A stretch of DNA of 64,000 bases from an uncultured Nitrososphaeria archaeon (GCA_964451435.1 CAYVHW010000001.1:740-64739), one strand, 5' to 3'; shown: positions 48,213-58,340, numbered from the stretch's first letter. A program made the numbers and translations. The notes: generated by a model not told the origin, from the sequence alone.

Positions 48213-48701
48213 TTGAGGAGAACTCTCCTAATTGATGCGGAAAAGTGTACTGGTTGTAGACTCTGCGAACTGGTCTGCTCATTTCAACATTACAAGGTCT
48301 TTAATCCAAGGAGGTCTAGGATAACGGTGATAAGGGATGAGGAGAAGGGAGTATTCATTCCGATGACATGCTTTCAATGCGAAGATCCCCCATGCATGAA
48401 GACCTGTCCAACCCACGCGATCTATAGGGATGAGAATGGAGCGATTAGAATAGATTATGAGAAGTGTATAGGCTGTAAACTCTGCATAATGTATTGCCCA
48501 TTCGGCGGAATCTCGATAGATCCCGTCACCATGAAGGTGATAAAATGCGATCTATGCGGGGGAGATCCAGAGTGTGTGAAGTATTGTCCGAAGGGAGCCA
48601 TACAGTATGTTAGGGTGGATGAGGTTGGGGTCAAGAAGAGGATCGAGGGTGCCAAGAAGATTCATGAGAGGATTAAGGTGATCATGGGAGGTGAATCCTA
48701 G
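48213..48701 (+). CDS. 4x[4Fe-4S] ferredoxin-like subunit (DmsB/HydN type)
   Basis: Four Cys-cluster motifs. Confidence 0.92.
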   Translation: MRRTLLIDAEKCTGCRLCELVCSFQHYKVFNPRRSRITVIRDEEKGVFIPMTCFQCEDPPCMKTCPTHAIYRDENGAIRIDYEKCIGCKLCIMYCPFGGISIDPVTMKVIKCDLCGGDPECVKYCPKGAIQYVRVDEVGVKKRIEGAKKIHERIKVIMGGES

Positions 48702-48703
48702 AG

Positions 48704-50638
48704 ATGTATAAGGGGTATGCGGGGAGAATACTCCGCGTAGACCTAACGTCTAGAAATGTCAAGGTGGAGCCGCTGCCGGATGGATTGGCGTTAAACTATC
48801 TGGGCGGGACGGGATTCGCCGCTAGAATCCTCTGGGATGAAGTGAACGCTGAAACAGATCCACTAAGCCCGGAGAACGTCTTGATAATAGCGACAGGGCC
48901 CGTGAATGGAACGGCCTTCCCACCATCCGGGAGATATATGATGGCCTCAAAGTCTCCCTTGACGGGTATCTGGAGCGAGTCCCACGTCGGAGGCCACCTT
49001 GGACCAGAGCTGAAGTACGCGGGCTACGATATGATACTCGTGAAAGGTAGAAGCTCTGAACCAGTATACCTGATGATCGATGATGATAGGGTTGAGGTTA
49101 GGGATGCCAAGAACATCTGGGGTAAGGATACGAGGGAGACCGTGAAGACCCTATGGGATGAGCTTGGAGATAGATCGTTTAAGATCGCATGTATAGGGCC
49201 TGCCGGCGAAAACATGGTCAAGATCTCCTCGGTTATCTCGGAGATGGGGAGGGCGGCTGCCAGAACAGGTATAGGAGCGGTCTGGGGTAGTAAAAGGCTT
49301 AAGGCCATAGCGGTCAGAGGGTCGAAGGACATCGAGGTGGCTGATCCCGATGGATTCATGCAGCTCGTTAAGGAGTCGATCCGAATGTGCACCGAGGAGT
49401 TCTTCGGGAAGGCGGCTCAAGACACGCTTGGAAAGTATGGGACTCCATGCTTGGTCGAGATGCTCAACTCGATTGGAAGGCTTCCGACAAAGAACCATTG
49501 GACAGGTGTCTTCGATAAGGCCAACCTAATTGGCGGAGAGGCCGTAAGGAGCAGGTATAGGTTTGCTCAAGTGCCATGCTTGGCCTGCGTGATCCAATGC
49601 GGATATATATCATATATTCGAGAGGGAAGATATGCTGGGACGATCACAAAGGGGCCTGAGTATGAGTCGATCTTTGCCCTCGGATCAAATTGTCTTGTCC
49701 CGGATATCGAGGCCATAATCCACATGAACATGCTCTGCAACCTCTATGGGCTCGACACGATCTCGACTGGGAAGACTCTTTCATGGGCGATGGAATGCTA
49801 TGAGCATGGACTCCTGACGAAGGATGATCTAGATGGGATGGAGCTTAGGTGGGGGGATCTAGAGGCCATGATAAAGCTGATAGAGAAGATCGCGAGGAGG
49901 GAGGGGGTTGGAGACATCTTGGCCGAGGGTGCTAAGAGGGCTTCGGAGAAGATTGGGAGGGGAACCGAGAAATACGTGATCCACATCAAGGGGATGGAGG
50001 TCTCAGGCCAAGATCCAAGAGCGCATAAATCCGCAGGCTTATCCCTCGCGATAGCGGTTAGAGGTGCAGATCATCTAAGAGCATTATCTTCAATAGAGGA
50101 GCTTGGATTCACCCAGATAGTCACCGATCGATATGGTGAGGATAAGGTCGAGGCGTTGAGCGATAGGCTTAGCGAGGAGTATAAGGGCTTCTTGATAAAG
50201 GATCTCGAAGACTTATACGCGATAACAGACTCCCTAATCGTGTGCAAGTATGGGACCATGTGGCCTCCAATCTACTACTTCGATCACTTCGCGAAGCTCA
50301 TACCACTCCTAACAGGGATGAAGGAGTACGGTGATGTGAGCTATGTTAGGCTCGTGGCCGAGAGGATATCGAATCTTAGGAGGTGTTTCAACGTGAGGGA
50401 GGGGATAACGAGAAGGGATGAGAACCTGCCCAAGAGATTTACCGAGGAGCCCATGCCCCATGGACCAGCGAAGGGCCATGTCTGCAACCTTGAACCAATG
50501 CTCCGAGAATACTATCAATATAGGAGGTGGGATTATGAGACGGGTCTACCATATAGGGAGACGTTGGAGGAACTCGGCCTGAAGGATGTCGCGGATGAGC
50601 TTGAGGCCATGGGGAGGATTAAGAGGAGGGAGGGCTAA
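48704..50638 (+). CDS. Tungsten aldehyde:ferredoxin oxidoreductase family enzyme 1
   Basis: KSPLTG, IGPAGEN, GSKRLKAI, CLACVIQC, GPEYE, DTIS and DSLIVC motifs. Confidence 0.93.
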   Translation: MYKGYAGRILRVDLTSRNVKVEPLPDGLALNYLGGTGFAARILWDEVNAETDPLSPENVLIIATGPVNGTAFPPSGRYMMASKSPLTGIWSESHVGGHLGPELKYAGYDMILVKGRSSEPVYLMIDDDRVEVRDAKNIWGKDTRETVKTLWDELGDRSFKIACIGPAGENMVKISSVISEMGRAAARTGIGAVWGSKRLKAIAVRGSKDIEVADPDGFMQLVKESIRMCTEEFFGKAAQDTLGKYGTPCLVEMLNSIGRLPTKNHWTGVFDKANLIGGEAVRSRYRFAQVPCLACVIQCGYISYIREGRYAGTITKGPEYESIFALGSNCLVPDIEAIIHMNMLCNLYGLDTISTGKTLSWAMECYEHGLLTKDDLDGMELRWGDLEAMIKLIEKIARREGVGDILAEGAKRASEKIGRGTEKYVIHIKGMEVSGQDPRAHKSAGLSLAIAVRGADHLRALSSIEELGFTQIVTDRYGEDKVEALSDRLSEEYKGFLIKDLEDLYAITDSLIVCKYGTMWPPIYYFDHFAKLIPLLTGMKEYGDVSYVRLVAERISNLRRCFNVREGITRRDENLPKRFTEEPMPHGPAKGHVCNLEPMLREYYQYRRWDYETGLPYRETLEELGLKDVADELEAMGRIKRREG

Positions 50639-51799
50639 ATGGTGGACATATCGGTTGAGATCGCCGGAATAAAGCTCAGAAACCCCGTCCTAACGGCGGC
50701 TGGCCCACCATCGAGGGATGCTGAGGCGTTGATCAAGGCGGCTGAGGGCGGTGCAGGTGGATTGGTCGCCAAGACTATAAGCTTGAAGCCCGCCGAAGTC
50801 CCCAGACCATGCCTATCGGTCGTGAATCGAGAATACTCGGTGAGAATCCCGGGATTCAAGACCTATACCACATGTGGGTTTCTGAACGTGGAGCTTTGGT
50901 CGGATATGCCATATCAGAGGTGGGTTGAGCGCGAGTATGCTCTTGTGAAGGAGAAGACGGGATTACCATTGATAGCCAGCATAGGATATACTCCGGAGGA
51001 GGTCTCGAAGCTTGGGAGGCTCGTTGAGAAGGCTGGGGTTGATGGGATAGAGTTCTCAACCCATTACATAGGATTCGATCCAAAGCCAATTAGAGAGGTC
51101 GCTAAAGCCCTTAGAGAATCCGTTGAGATCCCCATCTTCGCCAAGCTCAGCCCACATCTCCCAGACATAACCCCATTCGCAAAGGCGGTCGAGCCATACG
51201 TGGACGGCATAGTCGCGATAAACACCTATGGCCCAACCCTCCACATAGATATAGAGACTGGGAAACCGCTGCTCGGGGGGAAGAATGGATATGGATGGCT
51301 ATCGGGGCCGGCTCTAAAACCAATAGCCGTCAGATATATCGCCGATATAGCTAGAGCGGTTAAGGTTCCAGTCATAGGCGTCGGGGGGATAATGTCTGGA
51401 AAGGATGCAGTCGAGCACATAATGGCGGGAGCATCCGCGGTCGAGATATGTACTGGAGCGATCCTAGAGGGGCCGGGGATCTATGGGAGGGTTGCACATG
51501 AGATCGAGGAGTTCCTAAAGACCCATGGATACGACTCGATCGAGGACATAAAGGGTATGGCCTTGAAATGGCTCCCCGAGAAACCGTTAAGAACCACACC
51601 TCTACCGCCTAAGGTCGATCCAGAGAAATGCACGGGCTGTAGAATATGTGAGAGGGCATGCATCTATGAGGCGGTAGAGATGGTTAAGGATCCGAAGACT
51701 GGGAAGCTGATCGCGAGGACGATCGAGGAGAAATGCTATGGATGCGGGCTCTGCGTGAGTATATGCCCGACGAGGGCGAGATACTTCGAGGAGGAATGA
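50639..51799 (+). CDS. FMN-dependent DHODH/PreA/YgfK-like reductase with a C-terminal 2x[4Fe-4S] domain
   Basis: AAGP, KT, KLSP, INT, GWLSGP and GVGGI motifs; EFSTH in place of N-x-S-C-P. Confidence 0.85.
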   Translation: MVDISVEIAGIKLRNPVLTAAGPPSRDAEALIKAAEGGAGGLVAKTISLKPAEVPRPCLSVVNREYSVRIPGFKTYTTCGFLNVELWSDMPYQRWVEREYALVKEKTGLPLIASIGYTPEEVSKLGRLVEKAGVDGIEFSTHYIGFDPKPIREVAKALRESVEIPIFAKLSPHLPDITPFAKAVEPYVDGIVAINTYGPTLHIDIETGKPLLGGKNGYGWLSGPALKPIAVRYIADIARAVKVPVIGVGGIMSGKDAVEHIMAGASAVEICTGAILEGPGIYGRVAHEIEEFLKTHGYDSIEDIKGMALKWLPEKPLRTTPLPPKVDPEKCTGCRICERACIYEAVEMVKDPKTGKLIARTIEEKCYGCGLCVSICPTRARYFEEE

Positions 51800-51802
51800 G
51801 AT

Positions 51803-52324
51803 TTGAAGCTCCTCATAATAGACTATGATCTATGCTCCGGTTGCAGGGTCTGCGAGCTCATATGCTCCATGGAGCACGCGGGGGTCTTTAAGCCATCGAT
51901 CTCAAGGATAAGGGTCGTGAAGAACGATAAGCTGAGCATAGACGTGCCTCTAGTCTGCATCCAATGCGAGAGCCCGGCATGTGTGAATATCTGTCCAGCC
52001 AAGGCATTGAGCAGGGATGAGGAGACCGGGATAGTGAGGCTGAACCCAGATAAATGCATCGGCTGCAACCTCTGCATATTGAAGTGCCCATATCATGGAG
52101 TCTTCAAGACCCCCGATGGAGTCGTCGTGAAGTGCGATCTATGTGGAGGAGATCCGAGATGCGTCAAATACTGCCCAACCGGAGCCTTACAATATGTTGA
52201 AGAGTCGCCCGAGACTAAGGCCAAGAGGGAGAAATCCAGGGAAAAGCTCCTAAAACTTCTCAAAGAATATGAGTTGGAGAAGCCCGCCTTGAGGATCGCG
52301 AGGGTTGGAGGGAGTGGGGCTTGA
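51803..52324 (+). CDS. 4x[4Fe-4S] ferredoxin-like subunit
   Basis: Four Cys-cluster motifs; paralogue of 48213. Confidence 0.92.
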   Translation: MKLLIIDYDLCSGCRVCELICSMEHAGVFKPSISRIRVVKNDKLSIDVPLVCIQCESPACVNICPAKALSRDEETGIVRLNPDKCIGCNLCILKCPYHGVFKTPDGVVVKCDLCGGDPRCVKYCPTGALQYVEESPETKAKREKSREKLLKLLKEYELEKPALRIARVGGSGA

Positions 52325-54234
52325 AGTATAAGGGATATGTCGGCAGATATGCTTTAATCGATCTGACGAGGCAGTCGATCCATATCGAGCCATTAGATGA
52401 GGGGCTTGCGAGAAACTATATCGGTGGAAGCGGTTTCGCCGCCAGAATCCTCTATGACATGCTCAGACCCGGGATAGATCCATTGAGCCCTGAAAATGTG
52501 GTGGTTATCGCGACAGGCCCATTGACCGGAACCCTATGGCCCACCACTGGGAGATATATGATGGCCTCGAAGTCCCCGTTGACTGGGATCTGGGGTGAGA
52601 GCCATGCTGGAGGACACTTCGGCCCAGAGCTCAAGTATGCTGGATTCGATTATCTCGTGATAACTGGTAGGAGTGAGAGGCCGACCTACATCTACATCGA
52701 TAATGGGAGGATCGAGCTTAGGAGGGCTGAACATCTATGGGGGTTAAACGTCCACGAGGCGACGGACGCCATTAAGGAGGAGACCGATCCAAACGCGCAC
52801 GTGGCATGCATAGGTCAGGCGGGAGAAAACCTAGTTAGGTTTGCCTCGGTGATAAGCGACTATCATAGAGCTCATGGGAGGACAGGTGTGGGAGCTGTTT
52901 GGGGCAGTAAGAGACTCAAGGCCATAGCCGTTAGAGGGGATGGGGAGGTTGAGGTCGCGGACCTGGAAAAGTTCATGGAGCTCGTCGAGGATGCTCATGA
53001 AAGGGTTCTAAAGCATCCACAAGCTAGAGACCTCGCAAAGTATGGAACACCGTTGCTGGTTGGGTATAAGCAGTCGATAGGAGAGTTCCCTACAAAGAAC
53101 CATTGGACGGGAGTCTTCGATGGTGCGAAGGAGCTCATGGCCGAGGTGTTGAAGGAGAGGTTTTGGGTGAGGGATAGAGCTTGCTTCTCATGCAGAGTTC
53201 AATGCAAGAAGGTATACACAGTTAAGGAGGGAAGATATGCTGGAATAGTATCCGAGGGGCCTGAATACGAGGGAATATACTCATTTGGATCAAATCTGGG
53301 AAACTCCGACTTCCCATCGATCTTCTACGCAAACTACCTCTGCAACAATTATGGATTAGACGCTATATCGACTGGATGCGTGATCGCCTTCCTAACCGAG
53401 TGCGTTGAGCGTGGGATAGTCGGTAGGGATGAGGTTGATGGCCTCGATCTCAAATGGGGAAATCATGAGGCGTTCATCGAGCTAATCCACAAGATAGCGA
53501 AACGTGAGGGTATAGGAGATCTCTTGGCCGAGGGGGTTAAGAGGGCGTCTGAGAAGATTGGGAGAGGCTCAGAATACTACGCGATCCACGTAAAGGGATT
53601 AGAGGTCTCAGGCCAAGATGGGAGAACCCATAGATCGATAGGATTGAGCCACGCAGTCGCCAGCAGGGGCGCAGACCATCTAAGAGGGCTCGTCACCGTC
53701 GACCAGCTTGGATATGAGGAGATAGCGGCGAAGAGGTGGGGTAGGGATAAGCTCCCAGACATATGCAACCCATATAGTGAGAAGTGGAAGGCCTTAGCGG
53801 TCAAGACGACCGAGGATGTCTACGCGGTGAGGGATCTATTGATAGTATGCTGGTATACGGTCTCATGGCCTCCGATCTACTGGATCGAGGACTTCGCCAA
53901 GATACTTCCAGCCGCGACCGGAGAGGAGGCATTTGGAAGGGTTGAGGAGCTCTTGAAGATAGGCGAGAGGGTCGTGAATCTTGAGAGATGCTTCAACGTT
54001 AGGGAGGGGATAACGAGGAAAGACGACAGGCTTCCGAGGAGATTCATCGAAGAACCCATGCCCGAGGGGCCTGGAAAAGGTCAAACCGTCAATCTCGACT
54101 TAATGCTGGATGAATACTATGATTTGAGGGGATGGGATAGGAAGACCGGGATACCGAGGAAGGAAACCCTTGAGAGGCTTGGGCTTATCGAGGAAATCGA
54201 GGACTTGAGGAGGATGGGAAGGCTTCCAGAGTAG
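52321..54234 (+). CDS. Tungsten AOR family enzyme 2
   Basis: KSPLTG, CFSCRVQC, GPEYEG, DAIS and ADHL motifs. Confidence 0.93.
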   Translation: MKYKGYVGRYALIDLTRQSIHIEPLDEGLARNYIGGSGFAARILYDMLRPGIDPLSPENVVVIATGPLTGTLWPTTGRYMMASKSPLTGIWGESHAGGHFGPELKYAGFDYLVITGRSERPTYIYIDNGRIELRRAEHLWGLNVHEATDAIKEETDPNAHVACIGQAGENLVRFASVISDYHRAHGRTGVGAVWGSKRLKAIAVRGDGEVEVADLEKFMELVEDAHERVLKHPQARDLAKYGTPLLVGYKQSIGEFPTKNHWTGVFDGAKELMAEVLKERFWVRDRACFSCRVQCKKVYTVKEGRYAGIVSEGPEYEGIYSFGSNLGNSDFPSIFYANYLCNNYGLDAISTGCVIAFLTECVERGIVGRDEVDGLDLKWGNHEAFIELIHKIAKREGIGDLLAEGVKRASEKIGRGSEYYAIHVKGLEVSGQDGRTHRSIGLSHAVASRGADHLRGLVTVDQLGYEEIAAKRWGRDKLPDICNPYSEKWKALAVKTTEDVYAVRDLLIVCWYTVSWPPIYWIEDFAKILPAATGEEAFGRVEELLKIGERVVNLERCFNVREGITRKDDRLPRRFIEEPMPEGPGKGQTVNLDLMLDEYYDLRGWDRKTGIPRKETLERLGLIEEIEDLRRMGRLPE

Positions 54235-54242
54235 GGTGAGCC

Positions 54243-55586
54243 ATGGCCTCTAAGACCATCTTGATCAAGGGTGGAACCCTGGTCACCATGAATAGGGAGA
54301 GGAGGATAATCAAGGATGGAGCCATATTGGTCGAGGATGGAAGGATAACGTCTATCGGAAAGGCGGATGAGTTTGGGGGAGAGAAGGCTGATAGAGTAAT
54401 AGATGCATCGGGAAAATACATCTTTCCAGGATTCATAAACTGCCACACCCACATGTTCCAAGTCCTCCTAAGAGATGTGGCCATGGACATGGTCCTCCTA
54501 GACTGGCTCAAGACCTCGATCTGGCCGAGTATAAGACATCTGAGGGAGGAAGACATCTACATAGCTGCGAAGCTCGGGATAGTCGAGAACATCAGATCTG
54601 GGGTGACGTGCATAGTCGATAACCAATATCCTAGAAACTATGAGCCGTCGATAAGGGCTATGCACGAGTCTGGGATAAGAGGAGTTCTAGCATGTGGATA
54701 CTATGAGATCAACGTCCCAGAGGATTTGAGGATGGATGCGGATAAAGCCCTAAAGATGTGCGAGGAGATGATCAGGAGATGGCATGGGAGGGATGAGGGG
54801 AGGTTGAGGGTGTGTCCGGCTCCGATGCATCCATGCTTCGCCTCAAAGGAACTCCTACTGAAGTCCAAGGAGCTCGCGGACAAGTATCAGACATATCTAC
54901 ACGTGCATACGGCTGAGAGCGTGAAGGATGTCGAGCTACTTAAGCAGATGACCGGGAAGACCGATGTAGAATACCTCCATGAGCTTGGAATACTCGATGA
55001 GAGATTTCACGCGGTCCACGCGGTTCAGGTATCGCCGGAGGAGATGAGATTATTCGCATCGGCTCACGCGAACATAATCCACAACCCAATCAGCAACGCA
55101 TACACCGGAGCTGGAGTCGCCCCAATTCCAGAATATCTAAGACTTGGATGTAACGTCGCCCTCGGGACGGATGGCCCAGCCAGCGGAGGGAATCACGACT
55201 TCCTCCAATCCATGAAGTTCACGGCCTTAATCCATAAGGGGTTTAAGAGAGATCCAACTGTTATGAAGGTCTCGGAGATATTGGAGATGGCGACCATAAA
55301 CGGGGCCAAGGCTCTTGGAATGGATGGTGAGATAGGATCTCTTGAGGCTGGGAAGAGGGCGGACCTAATAATATTGGATCTCCATAAGCCTCACACCGTA
55401 TACGTCCATGACCCGATCGCAAATCTAGTATATGCTGCGACGAGCGAGAACATCGAGACCGTCATAGTCGATGGCGAGATCTTGATGGAGGATAGGAGGA
55501 TAACCTACATCGATGAGGAGGAGGTCATGGCTGAGGCCTCAAAGGTTGCGGAGAGGTTGATGGAAAAGTTTTCAAGGCGTGGCTAA
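54243..55586 (+). CDS. Amidohydrolase, MtaD/AtzA/purine-deaminase type
   Basis: NCHTH, HVHTAES (H-x-x-E), HAV and GTDG motifs. Confidence 0.85.
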   Translation: MASKTILIKGGTLVTMNRERRIIKDGAILVEDGRITSIGKADEFGGEKADRVIDASGKYIFPGFINCHTHMFQVLLRDVAMDMVLLDWLKTSIWPSIRHLREEDIYIAAKLGIVENIRSGVTCIVDNQYPRNYEPSIRAMHESGIRGVLACGYYEINVPEDLRMDADKALKMCEEMIRRWHGRDEGRLRVCPAPMHPCFASKELLLKSKELADKYQTYLHVHTAESVKDVELLKQMTGKTDVEYLHELGILDERFHAVHAVQVSPEEMRLFASAHANIIHNPISNAYTGAGVAPIPEYLRLGCNVALGTDGPASGGNHDFLQSMKFTALIHKGFKRDPTVMKVSEILEMATINGAKALGMDGEIGSLEAGKRADLIILDLHKPHTVYVHDPIANLVYAATSENIETVIVDGEILMEDRRITYIDEEEVMAEASKVAERLMEKFSRRG

Positions 55587-55605
55587 GGGAGATTGATCTG
55601 AGATA

Positions 55606-56865
55606 ATGGCGTATGTAACCCATCTAAGATGTTCGAGGTGCGGCTCCGAGTATAGGCTTGAGGATGGGAAGGTTATCTGCGATAGGGATGACCTCGGACG
55701 CCTAGACATCTACTACGACTATGAGGCGATCTCAAGAACCCTGACGAAAGAGACTCTTGAGGAGAGAAGGGGCGGAGTCTGGAGATACTTTGAACTATTA
55801 CCGGTGTCTAGGAGGTCTTCTATCGTGAGCCTCGGCGAGGGTGGGACGCCGATGATAAGATCCGAACGCCTCTCCAAGCATCTCGGCTTAAAGAACCTAT
55901 ACCTGAAGGATGAGACGAGGAATCCAACAGCCTCCTTCAAGGATAGATCTATGACCGTTGGGGTATCGAAGGCGGTGGAGCTTGGGGTTAAGAAGACCTG
56001 CACAGCTTCGAGTGGAAATGCGGCCGCAGCCCTCGCAGCATACTCGGCTAAGGCCGGGCTAGAGTGCTATGCATTCGTCTTAGAGGAGGCGTCGATCGGG
56101 AAGATCTCCCAGCTCCAACTCTATGGTGCGAAGGTGTTTAGAGTTAGGAGGGTTGAGGAGGAGGTCGATCCAACGGTCCAGCTACTCAGACTCGTAGTCA
56201 AGAATTATGGCTGGTATCCATGCCCAAGCTTCGGGCCATTCAATCCATATCAGGTTGAGGGGCCTAAGACAATATCATATGAGATCGTTGAGCAGCTTGG
56301 CTGGAGGATTCCAGACTGGATACTCATCCCAACGGGCTCTGCGTGTCTCCTAGCCGGGATCTGGAAGGGGCTTAAAGACTACTATGAATTTGGCTGGATA
56401 GATCATCTTCCAAGATTGGCGGCGATCCAGTCTACTGGAAACGCGCCGTTCGTGAGGGCGTTTAAGGAGAGGATGGATCCGATGAATATAGAGCCTTGGA
56501 GGAATCCGAGGACGGTCGCGAGCGGGTTGATGGACCCATATCCATGGGATGGAGACGCTGGCCTAATCGCCTTGAAGGAGACTGATGGTGTGGCCGAGGC
56601 CGTTCCAGACAATCTAATCCTAGAAGCTCAGAAGCTCTTAGCGTCGATGGAGGGCGTGTTTGCTGAGCCATCTGGAGCGGCTGGCTTAGCCGGGGCCATG
56701 AAGCTCTTAGAGGATGGGGTCATAGATCCGAGTGATGAGGTCGTGGTCCTCGTGACCGGCAGCGGCTTAAAGGATCCAGATATAGTTAAGAGTATGTTCG
56801 CGGAGCCTCCGACGATAGGTCCAAGCCTTGAGGAGTTTACGAGGATGCTGAGTCGATTGGGCTGA
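55606..56865 (+). CDS. Threonine-synthase-like PLP enzyme (fold type II), divergent
   Basis: LGEGGTP, NPTASFKDR, ASSGN, EPSGA and TGSGLKD motifs. Confidence 0.85.
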   Translation: MAYVTHLRCSRCGSEYRLEDGKVICDRDDLGRLDIYYDYEAISRTLTKETLEERRGGVWRYFELLPVSRRSSIVSLGEGGTPMIRSERLSKHLGLKNLYLKDETRNPTASFKDRSMTVGVSKAVELGVKKTCTASSGNAAAALAAYSAKAGLECYAFVLEEASIGKISQLQLYGAKVFRVRRVEEEVDPTVQLLRLVVKNYGWYPCPSFGPFNPYQVEGPKTISYEIVEQLGWRIPDWILIPTGSACLLAGIWKGLKDYYEFGWIDHLPRLAAIQSTGNAPFVRAFKERMDPMNIEPWRNPRTVASGLMDPYPWDGDAGLIALKETDGVAEAVPDNLILEAQKLLASMEGVFAEPSGAAGLAGAMKLLEDGVIDPSDEVVVLVTGSGLKDPDIVKSMFAEPPTIGPSLEEFTRMLSRLG

Positions 56866-56867
56866 AC

Positions 56868-58232
56868 TCATCTTATCCTATCTAGCTCGGGCTTAACCTC
56901 CTTCAACCTATCCCAGAGCCTCTCCGCAGACCTCTGAGCGATCCTCTCAACTTCATCCTCATCTACGGTTAAGACCTTTCTATCCCTCATCAAGATCCTC
57001 CCATCAACTATAACCGTCTGGACATCATCTCCATCAACCGTGTTCACCAGATGCCCATAAACGGTCTCGGCGTTGAGCGGGGTTGGCAGAACATCGGGTT
57101 TTATGATGATTATATCCGCGAGCTTCCCAACCTCAAGTGAGCCAACCTCCCCGTCAACGCCATAGAGTTCGGCGCCCTTGATGGTCGCCATCTCCAAAAC
57201 CTGTAGCGGCGTCATCATCCTCGGATCTCGATAATGGACCTTGTGGAGTAGGTAGGCTGCACGTATATTCTCGAATCCATCGAAGATGTATCCATCGTTT
57301 CCCAGCCCGACCCTGATCCCCATATCGATCATCTTGGGGATGGCCGCGACCCCAACCGCATTCAACATGTTGCTCATCGGGTTATGCGCGACATTCGTCC
57401 CAGTCTCGGCCAAGATCTTCAACTCATCATCGTTTAGATGAACGCAGTGAGCCAAGACCACATCCCTCCCAAGAAATCCCACATCTCTAAGCCTCTCAAC
57501 CGTCCGCTTCCCATATCTCTCCAAGTTATGATAGACGTCGACCAAGCCCTCAGACGTATGCATGGTTATCGGGACCTTCAGCTCATTAGCCTTCTCCCTG
57601 ACGAGCTTGAGGAGGTCGTCGGATACGGTGAAGCTTGCGTGTAAGCATAGCATCCCTCTGACCCTCCCCTTATCCCCAACTTTCTCAATGTATCTGATGC
57701 ACTCCTTAATCCCCCTCTCGCCCTCCTCCCTACTATGCCTCTCCGTGGCCTCGAATGAGATGAAACCTCTAATCCTGATCCTCTCAACCGCTTCACCGAT
57801 CCTATCCAAGACGCCCTCAATGGAGTTTGGGCCGGAGTAGGTGTCGGCGAATAGGGTCGTCCCAGTCTTCAAGAACTCTAGGCATCCTACCAAGGCGCTC
57901 GCGTATGCGTCGTCGTGGGTTAACGCCTCATCGACAGGCCACCAAATCCATTGGAGGTTTTGCATGAAGTCTGTTGGAGGCTTGATCTTGGCGAAAAGTG
58001 GAGCCCCTCTAAGGAGCATTCCGTAGAGATGGGTGTGGGAGCAGATCAATCCGGGCATCACTATGCATCCTTTAGCATCTATCTCCTCATCCGCCCTCAC
58101 TCCCGAGAACTCGGACATCTTCCCGATCTTGCTTATCTTTCGATCCTCGACCAATATCCCCCCATCCTCGATTATCCTCCGCTCCCGATCCATCGTGACG
58201 AGCAAACCATTCTTGATTAGGATACTACCCAC
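56868..58232 (-). CDS. SsnA-like amidohydrolase
   Basis: CSHTHLY, LHASFTVSD, HTSEG, HNPMSNMLNAVG and GNDG; GTG start at 58232 after a GAGGTG Shine-Dalgarno. Confidence 0.85.
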   Translation of the reverse strand: MGSILIKNGLLVTMDRERRIIEDGGILVEDRKISKIGKMSEFSGVRADEEIDAKGCIVMPGLICSHTHLYGMLLRGAPLFAKIKPPTDFMQNLQWIWWPVDEALTHDDAYASALVGCLEFLKTGTTLFADTYSGPNSIEGVLDRIGEAVERIRIRGFISFEATERHSREEGERGIKECIRYIEKVGDKGRVRGMLCLHASFTVSDDLLKLVREKANELKVPITMHTSEGLVDVYHNLERYGKRTVERLRDVGFLGRDVVLAHCVHLNDDELKILAETGTNVAHNPMSNMLNAVGVAAIPKMIDMGIRVGLGNDGYIFDGFENIRAAYLLHKVHYRDPRMMTPLQVLEMATIKGAELYGVDGEVGSLEVGKLADIIIIKPDVLPTPLNAETVYGHLVNTVDGDDVQTVIVDGRILMRDRKVLTVDEDEVERIAQRSAERLWDRLKEVKPELDRIR

Positions 58233-58292
58233 ATTAAGCACCTCAATAACCAAAATGATCTTGATGATAGATAAGTGATTCATCTTAACATG

Positions 58293-58306
58293 GAAAAATC
58301 TTAAAT
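58293..58306 (+). promoter_or_regulatory. BRE-TATA promoter of ferredoxin 3
   Basis: GAAAAATCTTAAAT. Confidence 0.5.
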
Positions 58307-58340
58307 CGGAGATAGGTCGAGATCATGAGGGTGTCGTCGA

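Noticed and set aside
50636..51805. AOR1, the FMN reductase and ferredoxin 2 share a reading frame (TAA-ATG; TGA-GAT-TTG), suggesting selenocysteine or readthrough fusion
   Set aside because: The first stop is TAA, the TGA is not at a Cys-motif position, each gene has its own GAGGAGG-like Shine-Dalgarno, and the domains are complete.
44523..56865. Reading the cluster as biosynthetic argF/pyrB, pyrC, pyrD and thrC
   Set aside because: Diagnostic residues are missing: the OTC SMG loop, the DHOase arginine, the DHODH catalytic Cys and the ThrC phosphate motif. Reductive pyrimidine catabolism remains a weaker alternative but does not explain SsnA, the YgeW-type loop or the deaminase.
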